Source: Isurus oxyrinchus
Lineage: Eukaryota
NCBI GenBank assembly: GCA_026770705.1
Contig: JANJGN010000031.1
Location: forward strand, 2,418,001-2,482,000
Reading direction: 5' to 3'
DNA: 64,000 bases
Numbering within the stretch: the stretch's first letter is position 1; every line of letters starts with the position of its first letter. The translations under genes were made by a program, and so were the position numbers. This document shows positions 13,462 through 26,212 of this stretch, in pieces. Below the pieces are notes generated by a model. It was not told the origin of the DNA and searched no databases. It saw only the letters and a list, made by a program, of their open reading frames with translations.

Positions 13462-13590
13462 GGGCTGGGATTCTCCAGCCCTGTTGTGGGTGGGACCCGC
13501 AGTGGGAGAGGTGGCGGCCCAACTAGGATTCCGGTGACTTGCGGCGCGGCCGAAAGATCCCAGCAGTGGCCGGTGAGGAAAATCCCACCA
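13462..13590. mobile_element. Short Harbinger-type MITE remnant
   Basis: GGGCTGGGATTCTCC ... GGAAAATCCCACC imperfect inverted ends resembling the Harbinger TIRs in this window. Confidence 0.4.
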
Positions 13591-13959
13591 AGATTTAAAA
13601 ATCAACAATCCTGAGTATATCGGTTGTTTCTAGGGCAGGGTCAGAGAAGGCCTTTAACCAACATTGGGCTTCTAACCCACCTAATTGCTGGACACTGTTC
13701 CCCTTTCACTTATTTCATTTCACCCAGTGTCGTTCTCCATAATCCCACAGAATTCCCATTCAGATTTGGAGATCCATGTCTTGGTTCCTGAGGTCAAGGT
13801 CACCATGAACCTTCATTTTTACTGTTTTAACACTGACCCTTTTAACATTTCCTTGTATCATAAAGTGACTGAGATTACATCAAGTACGTTTAACTGGTTT
13901 CTGTTTCATTCTGCTACCTGAGCCTCAGGTTGTTTGCTTTGCCAGTTTTCTCTCCTTCC

Positions 13960-14204
13960 ATTATATACAGACATAAAAGCAAAGAACTGCGGATGCTGGA
14001 AATCCAAAACAAAAACAGAAACAGAAATACCTGGAGAAACTCAGCAGGTCTGGCAGCATCGGCGGAGAAGAGCACAGTTGACGTTTCGAGTCCTCATGAG
14101 GTTCTGTTGAAGGGTCATGATGACTCGAAACGTCAACTCTGCTCTTCTCCAACAATGCTGCCAGACCTGCTGAGTTTTTCCAGGTATTTCTGTTTCTGTT
14201 TCTG
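13960..14204. mobile_element. Palindromic Penelope-derived mini-element (inverted terminal-repeat pair)
   Basis: Inverted arms 14008-14099 and 14115-14206 (~90% identical, 15-nt loop); 12-bp TSD TTCTCTCCTTCC at 13948-13959 and 14205-14216. Confidence 0.85.
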
Positions 14205-14273
14205 TTCTCTCCTTCCGTTTCTCCCCTTGCTCATTCACAACCTGTACCGGGTATTCACATGCTCTGGTCGGGA

Positions 14274-14279
14274 TGTGTA

Positions 14280-14313
<34 letters not shown>

Positions 14314-14316
14314 GGA
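14274..14316 (+). repeat. Compound (GT)n(GA)n microsatellite
   Basis: Read directly from the sequence. Confidence 0.9.
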
Positions 14317-14721
14317 GGGGCCCAAATTTTCACTCCTGAGTTGGGTGTGTAGAGATGGGAGAATTCCCGGCTCAGCGAATCCGACTATTAAAGAGTTGGC
14401 CAGCTGCAGCAGGAATCGGGCTGAAGGGTCCTGCTAGCACCAGAACCAGTGCAGAGGCTGCCGGCTGCTGAGGCTGGTCTGAAGGCCTGTCTCAGTTACC
14501 CCTGTGGGTGTGATCGTTTGTGAAAGTGAGGAAGACAAGTGTAGCTGGTGACTTGAGCGATGCGCAGAAACCTAGAGGACAGGTAGAGTCCTGTGCCTGA
14601 ATTTTACATCGTAAATATCTGACTGAATATTTACTGATTTTTTCTCTGAGGAGGGGGTACAAAGCAGCAATTAAATGCGATGCTCTGAATGGAGTTTAGC
14701 CCACGGCAGCTGGTAAGAAAA

Positions 14722-15135
14722 GGCTTGCATTTCTATAGCGCCTTTCACAACCTCAGGACCTCCCAAAGCACTTTACAGACAATGCGGTACTTTAGAAATG
14801 TAGTCATTGTTGTCATTTAGGAAAGAGGGCACCTAATTTACAGACAGCAAGATCCCACTAACAGCAATGTGATAACGACCAGATAATCTGACTTTTTAGT
14901 GAACTTGACGAGGAGTTGAGGGAAAAATCCACTTTGAAATAGTCGGCATGGGACCTTATATATGCAACTGAGAGGGCATTCAGAGTCAGGGTTTAACATC
15001 TGCATCCCGAAGATGGCACCTCCGACAGTGCAGCACTCCCTCAATACTGCACTAGGATTATCAGCCTGGGATTTTTGTGCATTTAGTTCCTGGAGTGGAA
15101 TTTGAATCCATGACCCTCTGACTCAGGGACAAGAG
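14722..15135 (-). mobile_element. DeuSINE (SacSINE1-like), near full length
   Basis: Minus strand: tRNA-like head (CTGAGTCAGAGGGTCATGGATTCAAATTCC), then GAGGGAGTGCTGCACTGTCGGAGGTGCC..GATGTTAAACC core and L2-type tail. Confidence 0.7.
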
Positions 15136-15439
15136 TGTTAACTTTGTGTAGCTGTTTTTTTCGGTGTATATGTAGGCTCATGTGAAAGTTCTTATTGTTC
15201 CTACATTAACTGGGATTCCTATATCGTTCAGGAATAAAGTATCTGTATATGGACATAGGAAGGAGACATAAGGAGGCCTTAAAGAAAAATATCAAAAAAT
15301 GATTTGGGAACTCTTGTTAATGAAAACAGTTCCCATGCAAGATATCAGTTCATGTCAGGGTGTGTCACTTCCAGTTACTTTATCTAAAGGCGTTAGCCAT
15401 GACTCATGGAGCAGTTCTCCTCTGACTCAGGAAGGTTGT

Positions 15440-16545
15440 GGATTCAACTGATTTGAGGATGGTTAAGGCTGTACCATTTTTTAAAAAGGGAGAAAGGGAT
15501 AGGCTGAGTAATTACAGACCAGTCAGGCTAACCTTAGGTGGTGGGCATATTATTGGAAAACATTCTGTGCGACAGTATAAATGGTCATGTAGAAAGACAC
15601 AGATTAATGAAGGACCGACAGCGTGGATTTGTGAAGGGAAAGTTGTGTCTGACTAATATGATTGTATTTTTGGAGGAGGTAACATGGAAGATCCATGAAG
15701 GTTGTGTATTTGATCGAGTCTTTATTGAATATCAGCAAGGCTTTTGACAATTCTTGCATGGCAGATTGGTCAGGAAAGAAAAACCCATGGGATCCAAGGG
15801 AAAGTGGATCCAAAATTGGCTCAGTGGCAGGAAGTGAAGGCTAATAGTCGATGGGTGTTTTTGTGACTGAAAGGTTGTTTTCAGTGGAGTTCTGCAGGGC
15901 TCAGTACTGGATCCCCATATATAATATGTATGTATGTATATTTTTCAATGAGTTATACTTAAATGTAGAGAACATGATTAAAAAGTTTGCGGGCGATACA
16001 AAAATTAGATGTGTGTGGTTGATAGTGAGGAAGAAAACTGCTGCCAGACCTGCTGAGTTTTTCCAGGTATTTCTGTTTCTGTTTTTGTTTTGGATTTCCA
16101 GCATCCGCAGTTTTTTGTTTTTATCTCTGTGGAAAATATCAAAAGACTGGCCTAAAGGGCAGAAAAGTACAAAGTAGCATTTAATATAGCGAAGTTGAGG
16201 TAATGCATTTAGGGAGGGCAAACAAGGCAAGGGAATAGACAATGAATGATGGTTGATACTGGGAATTGTAGAGGAACATTGTAAGAGTGCATATCCACAG
16301 GTCCCTGAAGGTAGCAGGGCAGCTAGTTGAGGTAGTTAAGGAAGGCATAACGGTATACTTTCCTCTATTCACCAAGGCATGGAAGATAAGAGCAGGGAGG
16401 TTATGCTGGAACTGTATAAAACACTGGGCCACAACTAGAGTATTGTGTGTAGTTTTCGTCCCCTCATTACAGGAAGGGTCTGGTCACACTCGAGAGGGGA
16501 TAGAGAAGATTTACAAGAATGTTGCCAGGCCTGGAGAATTTGAAA
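15440..16545 (+). mobile_element. CR1 LINE RT fragment, degenerate; contains a short PLE-tail insertion at ~16040-16125
   Basis: FKKGERDRLSNYRPV; QRGFVKGKLCLTN; KFAGDTK. Confidence 0.85.
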
Positions 16546-16960
16546 TAAAAACAGTAAATGTTGGAAAAACTCAGCAGTTCTGACAGCATCTGAGGAGAAA
16601 TGGGTATTGTTCTGAGTCTGTATGACTCTTCTTCAGAGCTCAAGAGAAGTGGAAATGTGATGGAATTTATATTGTTTAAGGGACGGTGGAGCAGGTAAAG
16701 CAGTACAGAAGGTCAGTGATAGGTGGGGGCTGAGGAGAGATTGACAAAGACGTCATGGACATAAGACAAAGGGAGTCTAAATGGTGCAGAGGGAGGAGGT
16801 AAAGGGGCAGGTGTTGCACCTTCTGCAGTTGAATGGGAAGGTGCTGTGGGAAGGGAATGAAGTGTTGGGGATGATGAAGGAGTGGACAAGGGTGTCACTT
16901 TCTAACCTTTATACCACTATCTATGCCTTCTTTAGTCTCCATCACTACCATTAACACTCA
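16545..16960. mobile_element. Penelope-like terminal and 3' fragments
   Basis: Reverse-complement similarity to 13050-13315. Confidence 0.6.
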
Positions 16961-17039
16961 ACTAGAAAGTGGGATTAGGGTAGGTAGGTTTTATATCGCT
17001 GGCACACACAATGGGCCAAATGGCCTGCTTCTCAGAATT

Positions 17040-18400
17040 GTTACAGTTCAGAGGGAGGCCATTGTGTCTGCATCGGCTCTTCAAATAAGCAATTTACCTA
17101 TGCCACTTCCCCACCTTCTCCAAGTAATTCTACACATTCTTCCTTTTCAGAAAGTAATCCAACTCCCTCTTGAATGCCTCGATTGAACCTGACTCCACCA
17201 CATTCTCAGGCAGCGCATTCCGGACCTTAACCATTCACTGTGTGAAAGTTTCTCCTCATGTTAGCATTGCTTCTTTTGCCAATTACCTTAAATCTGTGCC
17301 CTCATTCTCAATCCTTTCACCAATGGGAACAGTTTCTCCCTATCTACTCTATCCAGACCCTTCATGATTTTGAACACCTCTATCAAACCTCCTCTCAACC
17401 TTCTCTAAGGAAAACAGTCCTAACTTCTACAATCAATCTTTATAACTGAAGTTCCTCATCCCTGGGATCATTCTGATCAATCTTTTCTGCACCCTCTTTA
17501 ATGACGTCACGTCTTTCCTAAAGTGCAGCGTACAGAACTGGATGCAATACTCCAGCTGAGGCCAAACCAGTGTTTATAAATTTCAAAATACCTCCTTGCT
17601 TTTGTACTCTATGCCCCTATTGATAAAGCCTAGGACACTGTTAACTGCACTCTCAACCTGTCCTGCCACCTTCAGTGACTTACACACATATACACCCTCT
17701 GCTCCTGTACCCCTTTAAAATTGTACCTTTTATTTTATATTGTCTCTCCGTGTCCTTCTTACTAAAATGAATTATTTCACACTTCTCTGCCTTGAACTTC
17801 ATCTGCCACCTATCTGCTCATTCCACCAACTTGTATATGTCCTTTTGATGTTCTACACTATGCTCCTCACAGCTCACAACACTTCCAAGTTTCATATCAT
17901 CTGCAAGTTTTGAAATTGTTCCCTGTATACCAAGGTCTGGATCATGAATAACTATCAGGAAAAGCAAGGGTACGAGCACTGACCCCTGGAGAACTCCACT
18001 ACAAACTTTCCTCCAGTCCTAAAAACATTCATTCACCATTACTTTCTGTCAATTTTGTACCCACGTTGCTACTGTCCCTTTTATTCCATGAGCTATAACT
18101 TCCCACAAGTCTGTTGTGCGGCACTGTATCAAATATCTTTTGGAACTCCATGTACACCAATATCGACAGTATTACCTCATCAGCGCTCTCTGTTACCTCT
18201 TTGAAAACTCCAGCAAGTTAAACACAATTTGCCCTTAACAAATCCATGCAGGGTCTCCTGCATTTGTATGTGTGACTATTAATTTTATCTCACTTTATTG
18301 TTTCCAGAAGCTTCCCCACCACTGAGGTTAAACTGACTGGCCTGTCATTGCTGGGCTTATCTTTACACCCTTTATTGTACAAGGATGCAATCTGTGCCAT
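17040..18400 (-). mobile_element. CR1 LINE 3' portion
   Basis: Reverse complement of CR1 RT/C-terminal sequence (GGAGTTCTCCAGGGGTCAGTGCTCG; CAGCTGGAGTATTGCATCCAGTTCTG). Confidence 0.85.
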
Positions 18401-18522
18401 AAATTTCTATGATTCCACAGTAGCTGTGTTAAAATGTAGTTGTTGACTAATCCTAGAGTGAATGTGAATCTCTGCTATAACAGTACATGTTCTATTTGTG
18501 CAGATTAAAGTATTAACAGGGG

Positions 18523-19913
18523 TTAGAAACTGGAAGGAGCGAGTGTCTACGGTGCAAAGGAAACTGGGCATGTGGGAGCGACGCTCCCTCTCCATTGTGG
18601 GTGAGAACCTGGTCATCAGGTGTGAGGCACTCTCGCTGTTGCTGTACGTGGCGCAGGTCTGGCCCATTCTAGACTCCTGCACAATGGCGATCATCCAAGC
18701 CATCTTTCGCTTTATCCGCAGAGACACGATGTACAAGCCTCTAGATAAAATGTGCCCAACATCACCCTCATACTGATGGCCACCTTTGTGTGTGGCTGCA
18801 TCAAGCTGTGCGTAGATCCTCAGTACGCAAACATCGAGTGTCACTACGTGCTGAGGTTCTACCTGTCCCTGGTGTTGCGAAGGATGGGTCTGGCCACGCT
18901 GCCGCAGAACGCTCCAAGTAGTTGGAATGTGCCGTACCACCTGTCCCTCATGGGAAAATTTATGCAGAGACACACCTTTGACCACAAGTCCATCAGGCAG
19001 TGGTCGGCATGTAATGTCTTAGAGGCCCTGAGGGAAAAGGAGAGGGTGGATCCAGTGGGATGGTTCCCCGAGCAGACTGTCAAAGTCATTTGGCAGAATG
19101 CCTCATCACCAGAACTTTCCAACAAGCACCAAGACGTAGCTTGGCTGGTGGTGAGAAAGGCCCTCCCTGTAAGATCCTTCCAACACGCCAGGAGTCTCAT
19201 CCCCTCTGCACGTTGCCCTCGAGGTGGCTGTGGTGGGGATGAGACTGTTGTTCACCTCCTTGTGGATTGTGCCTTTGCAAAGAAGGTCTGGAGAGAGATG
19301 CAGTGATTTCTGTCGAGGTTCATCCCGAGCAGCTCTGTGACACAGGACTCTGTGCTCTACGGGCTGTTCCCAGGGACACACACCGAGACAAACATCAGCT
19401 GCAGCTGGAGGATCATCAACTCGGTGAAAGATGCTCTTTGGTCTGCCCAAAACTTATTGGTCTTCCGGCGCAAAGAGTTGTCCCTGACCGAGTGTTGCAG
19501 ACTGGCACATTCCAAGGTCCAGGGCTACGTGCTGAGGGACGCACTAAAGCTTGGGGCAGCCGCTGCAAAGGCGCAATGGGGAAGGGTCGCTGTCTTTCTG
19601 TCATAGTGCACCGAGGGGCTGGAAATTGTTTAGACCCCTCGGGCTGTACAGCTCAAAATGAATGTCTGTATTGAATAATAGTTGTATTATAATTGTATCG
19701 AAGCCACTCAGAGTGCAACATGATGTACGTTGATAACTCCAATACCATTGTCTGATAGTCTATAATGACCATATTGAAATGATTGTAATATTCATTGATT
19801 ATATTGAAGCACCTCATGATCCATGAATAAAAGTTGAATCTGATTGTACTTTTTGAAATGTTTTGTGATGTTCTTCCAGATATTTTATGAATAAAGTATA
19901 TTTTTAAAAAAAA
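18523..19913 (+). mobile_element. 5'-truncated Tx1/L1-clade non-LTR retrotransposon (ORF2 C-terminus with zinc knuckle)
   Basis: WERRSLSIVGENLVI..LLYVAQVWP; CPRGGC..ETVVHLLVDC (CCHC); AATAAA and short poly(A) end; imperfect TSD AACAGGGG/AGCAGGGG. One frameshift and a premature stop at 19304-19306. Confidence 0.85.
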
Positions 19914-20451
19914 GCAGGGGAATCACTTTAAAGAATCCAAACAATGAATTACCAGATGAGTAATTGTGATGAAGGCGTGCCTGCCTATTAACACATACCA
20001 TGAGGCTGATGCACTGTTAATAATGGCTTCCTCCCAAATCATTATGTGTAGTGTTTAAAAATCGAGACTTTAAAGAAGTGTTGATTTGAAATTCTTTACT
20101 TTAACAATGTATGGGTTAATGCCTCCATGAACACAGCATATCAGCGAATTCACTATGAATGTGTTAAGTGTTTGTGCATTAACGTCAGCACCTGGGAAAT
20201 TCAAGGCCTGTGTATGTGGATGTGACATTGGATGTTATAGAATCCTTTCCCTTTCACCAATTAGATTGGAATTGAGGTACAGATCAGCCATGATCTAATT
20301 GAAAAGCGGAATAGTCTCTGGGGGCTGAATGGCCTCCTCCTAGCTGTGCCCATGTTCCTGGAAAGAGAGACCTCTACCCTGTCAAACAATTGTATTTATA
20401 TAGCGCCTTGAATGTGATGAAACGCCCCAAGACACGTCACAGAAACATTAT

Positions 20452-21639
20452 GGGCAGAATGTTGCCCTCATTGAGTGGGAAGCTGACCGCTGCCTGTGAT
20501 CGAGGCCAGAATGCAATTCCACGCTGGTGAGCCAATTAAGCCCCGCCCAGTATGAAACGCGTGCAACAGCACTCAGCACCGCCTGTGTGTTGGGGGGGGC
20601 GGGGGGGGGGGGGCGGGGGTTTGGTGGTTGGGGAAGAGGGTGGGCGCACAAGTCCATGCATGAGTTTGAAAATCCCCCTGAGGTACAGAGCTACCTCAGG
20701 CCTATGAAGATATAAAAAATTAATAGAGCATTTTTAGATGTTAAAAGACATGTTCCTTCACATGATTCAATTAGATTGTTAATGTGTTAACGGCCTTAAA
20801 TCGGCCTTTTAATTGTCAGCAGGTGCTCTGCCGACTACCGCGCCTGCACACCGACCGAAATATCACGCGAGTACCCGATGATTTAATTCGCTCGCGCATC
20901 ATTTTCTGCTCATTCGGGTCGGGCGCACACCTGCCCGTCAATCACAGAATCACAGTGCAGGAGAGGCCCTTCGGCCCCTTGAGTCTGCACCCACACATGT
21001 GAAACAACTGACCTACCTACCTAACCCCATTTACCAGCACGTGGCCCATAGCCTTGAGTGTTATGTTGTGCCAAGTGCTCATCCAGGTACTTTTTAAAGG
21101 ATGTGAGGCAATCCGCCTCCACCACCCTCCCAGGCAGCATGTTCCAGACCATCACCACCCTCTGGGTAAAAAAGTTTTCTCTCACTTCCCCCCTAAACCT
21201 CCTGCCCCTCACCTTGAACTTATGTCCCCTTGTGACTGACCCTTCAACTAAGGTGCTCCCTATCCACCCTCTCCATGCACCTTATAATCTTGTACACCTT
21301 ATAATCTTGTACACCTCCATCAGGTCGCCCCTCAGTCTTCTCTGCTCCAACGAAAACAACCCAAGTCTATCCAACCTCTCTTCATAACTTAAATGTTTCA
21401 TTCCAGGCAACATCCTGGTGAATTTCCTCTGCACCCCCCTCCAGTGCAATCACACCCTTCCTATAATGTGGCGACCAGAACTGCACACAGTACTCCAGCT
21501 GTGGCCTCACCAAGGTTCTATACAACTCCAACATGACCTCCCTGCTTTTGTAATCTATACCTCGATTGATAAAGGCAAGTGTCCCATATGCCTTTTTCAC
21601 CACCCCACTAACATGCCCCTCAAGCAGAAAATTCTGCCC
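20452..21639. mobile_element. Harbinger-type MITE with a nested CR1 insertion
   Basis: TIRs GGGCAGAATGTT and AAAATTCTGCCC; 3-bp TSD TAT on both sides. Confidence 0.85.
20941..21615 (-). mobile_element. CR1 LINE 3' end nested in the MITE
   Basis: [19 protein letters not shown]; NFFTQRVVMVWNMLP; TTCTGTGAT-type tail. Confidence 0.9.
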
Positions 21640-21699
21640 TATAAATCAAAATATGCCAGCAAGCCGCATGAATCGATATTAATGCATATATGCTTGGTC

Positions 21700-23000
21700 A
21701 AAGGGATAGATTTTATATCTTAGTCTTAAAGGAGGAGAGGGGAAGATGATGCGGAGAGGTTTAGAGAGCTTGGGGCCCAGGCACTCAAAGGCACAGCCAC
21801 CGATGGTGGAGCAATAATATTCAGGGGATGCCCAAGAAAGGACTGTAGATATCTCGGAGGTTTGTGGGGCTAAAGGAGGTTGGAAGGGGGCAAGGCCATG
21901 GAAAGATTTGAAAACAAGGATGAGAATTTTTAAAATGAAGGCGCTGCTTAACCGGGCACCAGTGTAGGTCACCAAGCACAGGGAGGATAGGTGAACAAGT
22001 CTTGGTGGGAGTTGGGACATGGACAGCAGAGTTTTTGATGATTACAAGTTTACAGGTGAGGGTAGGATGAGTGAGGCCAGTCTCGAGTGCATTCGAATAA
22101 CCAAGGGCAGAATTTTCAGGTCAGCGGGAGGCTGCGATTGGCAAGCCTGGGAGTGGCTGGGGAACAGACTGTGATCAGCCCCCACCCGCGATTCCACACT
22201 GGCTGTGCCAATTAACAGCCAGCTAGCATGAAGTGCGCACTGGAAGGCGCAGCGCTGCCAGAGTGGGGGCAGGAGGAGAGCCAGAGCTGAAGTCAGTGCA
22301 GGTGTGGGGGATGGTGGATGGAAAGCTCCTTGAAGGCAGAGAGCTGCCTCCGGGAGCTGACAAATTTAAAATCAATAAAGACGGAATTTAAAACCTGGAA
22401 AAATTGTCCACACCTCAGTATGAGTCACCTCAACATACGGATGATGAAAACTTTTTCAAAATATTTTAATCTTTTTTAAATGAATCATAGAAACACCATC
22501 CCGCCCCTGGATGAGGTTTCCTCAAGAATGCAAAGGCTGCCCGGCCGATTTTTTCGCCCGCCAACTGTAATGTTGGATGGGCAGCGAAAAATTGCTGTCA
22601 ATTGCTGCTTCAATGGCCTGAATGGGCCTCTTAATTGTTGGCAGGCGTGCTGCTGACTCTCGCGCACGCCCGCTGACTGAAATACCGCCCGAGTACGCAG
22701 TGATGCTGGGACACTCGCCCAACATCATTGCGCGCTGTCTCACACTCGAGCGCGTCAGGTGTGCACCCGCATGCTGAGCCGAAAATTCTACCCCAGGTCT
22801 AGAGATAACAAAGGCACGAATGAGGGTTTCCATAGAAGATGAGCTGATGCAGGGGTGGAGTCGGGCAATGTTACAGAGTTGGAAATATACAGTCTTCATG
22901 ACAGAGGTGTGGTTGAAGGTCACCTCATGTTCAAATATCACATTAAAGTTGCAAACACTCAGGGTTAGGTTCAGACAGTTGCCAGGGAAAGCACAGTTTG
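21700..23000 (-). mobile_element. L2 LINE fragment interrupted by a MITE
   Basis: YFQLCNIARLHP..ETLIRAFVISR and KILILVFKSFHGLAP on the minus strand. Confidence 0.75.
22105..22793. mobile_element. Harbinger-type MITE (689 bp)
   Basis: TIRs GGGCAGAATTTTC and GAAAATTCTACCC; TSD CAA/CAG. Confidence 0.85.
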
Positions 23001-25219
23001 TCATGGTCCACCTCCTGCCCACTGCTGGGAAACTTCCCTGGCGGCAGGACAGCATTGGGAAGTCAACCCAACACAGCTCCCCATTATTACCAGCAGCCCC
23101 CCACCACCCCCCCCCCCCCCCCCCCACCCCCCACCGCCACCTCCATTCCCACCACCTGGAGGATGGTAAAATCAACCCCATGGTTACAAGATGACCAGGG
23201 TATGAAAATAAATATTCCAGGCTACTCAACATTTTGAAAAGACAGTCAGAATGGAGGAGGGGGAGGAGTTTCCCTGATAATAAAAGGACAACAAAAGGGG
23301 ACCAGTGAGAAAGGATCTTGACTCACAAGGTCATGAAGTCAAATCAGTATGGGTTGAGATTAGAAATGACAAGAGCCAGAAAACACTAGTGAGAGTTGGA
23401 TGTAGACCACTAATTGTGGTTATCTTGCTAGACACAGCATTAAGCAATAAATAATTGGAGCTGGAGCAAAGGCAATGTAATAATCATGGGGACTTCAATC
23501 TTCATAGACCAGGTAAGTCAATAGCAAAATTAGTCTGGAAGATGTTTGTTGAATGCTTTTGCAACAATTTACTAGAACCAACATTGCAGAACCCAGAAGA
23601 GATAACGCTATCTTAGATCTAGTATTGTGCATTGGGCCAGGGTGAATAGTAATCTAATAGTAAAAGATACAATTGAATTCCATATTAGGTTTGAGAGCAA
23701 CATACTCCAATCCCAAACAAAAATCTTAAACTTAAACAAAAATACACAGATATGAGGGGAGAGTTGGTTAAGATTAATTGGATAAATAGACTAAAAGGTG
23801 TGGTGGTAAATAAATAGCCAGAAGCATTTAAAGAAAAATTCAAAATGTTCAACAAAAATACATTCCATTAAAAAAAAAGCAAGAAAGATCCATCCATTAC
23901 AAGGGAAATTGAGGATAGGATTAGAATAAATGATGAAGCTTATGATGTTATGAAGCATCCTAGTAAGCCTTAGGATTGGCAGAGTTTTAAAAACCAGCAA
24001 AGGGTGACCAAAAAGGGAAAAAATAGAATATGAGAGTAAACTAGCCAGGAATATACAAACAGATTGTAAGAGCATTTACAAGGTTTGAAAAGGAGGGAAG
24101 TAGCTAAAGTAAATGTTAGTGCTTAGAGGCAGAGAGAGGGGAAATTATCGTGGAGAATGAGCAGAGATAGCAGAGATGCTGAATAAATATTTTGTCTGTC
24201 TTCACAGTGGAAGACACAAATTACATACTGGAATTACAGGATAACCAAGGGGATAATAAAAGTGAGGAACTGAAGGAAATTAATATGAGCACAGAAAATC
24301 TTGGAGAAACTTAAGGGGTGAAAACCCAACAAATTACCAGTACCTTGTGACCTACATCTTTGCTTCAAAAAGAGGTAGCTGAAGAACTAGAAGATGCACT
24401 GGTTATGATTTTCCAAAGTTCCAGGATTCTGGAATGGTCCCAGCAGATTGGAAATGAGAAAATTTAACCCTGCTATTCAAGAAAGAAAGCAGGTCTGATA
24501 TCTGTGATCAGGAAAATGCTGGTATCTATAGTTAAGGAGGTCTTAACAATGCACTTAGAAAATCATACCATTATCAGGCAAAGTCAACATGGTTTTACAA
24601 AGGGGAAATTGTGTATGACAAATTTATTGGAGTTTTTTGAGGATGTAACTGATAGGGTAGATAAAGGAGACACAGAAGATTTAGTAAACTTGGGTTTCCA
24701 AGAGATACTCCAAGGGTTTTTAAAATTCTTTCCTGGGATGTGAGTGTCACTGGCAAGGCCAATGTTTGTTGCTCATCCCAACTGGCCTTGAAAAGACCTT
24801 GAGAAGGGAGCACACAAAAGGTTAATAGGTAAGATAATGGCTAATGGAGTGGAGGATAACACATTAACATGGATAGAGGATTGGTTAACAGATAGCAAGC
24901 AGAGAGTAGGGATAAACAGAGTATTTTCAGGTTGGTAAGCTGTACCTAATGGAGTGGTGCAGGATCAGTGCTGGGGCCTCAGCTATTTACAATCTATATT
25001 AATGACTTAAATGAAGAGACTGAGAGTAATGTATCCATGTTTGCTGACTATAAAAACTGCGTGAGATTGAGAAGGACAGAGAGGCAATAAGATGGCAAAT
25101 GAAATATATTGTGGGGAAGTGTAAGGTTAGTTACTTTGGTGATAATAGTAAAGGTATTTTATTCAAGAGACATGATCACAGCCCAAAGGCTGTATTGCAG
25201 TATAGCTTGCATGGAAAAG

Positions 25220-25910
25220 AACACAAGAAGTAGCAGGAATAGACCATATGGCCCATTGGGCTAGTTCCACTATTCAATACGATCTGGGCTGATCTTGGGC
25301 TTCAACTACATTTTCCTGTCCATTCTCCATATCCCTCAATTCCCTGAGAGACCAAAAATCTGTCTATCCCAGCCTTAAATGGATTCTATAGTGAAGTATT
25401 CACAACCCTCGGGGTAGGGAATTCCAAAGATTCTTTGAGTGAAGTAATTACTCCTCATCTCAGTCCTAAATGACCGGCCCCTTATCCTGAGACTTTGGCC
25501 CCAAACCCATGTTTTAGATTCCCTGACCACCTCTCAGCATCCACCCTACTGAGCCCCTTCAGAATTTTGTAGGTTTCAATGAGATCACCTCTCATTCTTA
25601 TAAACTCAAGAGAACATAAGCCCAATGTACTCAGCCTCGAGCATAGAACAACTCCCTCCTCCCAGGGAGCAATTTAGTGAAACTTTGCTGTACCATCTCC
25701 AATGTAAGTATAGCCTTTCTTAAACGTGGAGACCAAACCTGTACACAATACTCCAGGTGCGGTCTCGCCAGAACCCTGTACAACTGTAGCGAGATTTCTT
25801 TATTCTTGTTCTCCCAGTTCCCTTGCAATAGAGACCAACATTCAAACAAAAAATTCATACATAGGCTAAGCAATCAGGTTAAAAACATGTAAACTTGTGA
25901 CAATAATGTA
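25220..25910 (-). repeat. Inverted copy of 27170-27910 (non-CR1 head of ~75 bp plus CR1 3' end)
   Basis: 25833-25910 is the reverse complement of 27171-27248 (5 differences in 78 nt by eye). Both CR1 parts encode RKAIL..EMVQQSFTKLLPG. Confidence 0.8.
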
Positions 25911-26212
25911 GTAACAAAAATAGACAAAGAACAAATAGGAATAGAGAAGCTGAATTTTTTTAAAAGATGTGAAACTTGTAAATGTTGATGTTCAGAGGGA
26001 TTTAGTTATGTTCATACAAGGAACACATACATGCAGGTACAAGAAGCAATTAGGAAAGCAAATGGCATGTTGACCTTTATTGCAAAGGGATTAGAGTACA
26101 AGAATAATGAAGTCTTGCTACAATTGTGTATGACTTTGGTGAGACCACACCTGGAATGCTGTGCAGAGTTTTGGCCTCCCTATTTAGGGGAGGATATACT
26201 TGCATTGGAGGC

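Noticed and set aside
14100-14145. Intact, active hammerhead ribozyme as an ncRNA gene
   Set aside because: Every copy inspected has a core or stem defect (CUGUUGA here; GGAGC for GAAAC at ~56964), so activity cannot be claimed from sequence alone.
13930-14352. ORFs with near-identical peptides on both strands
   Set aside because: An artefact of the palindromic PLE element.
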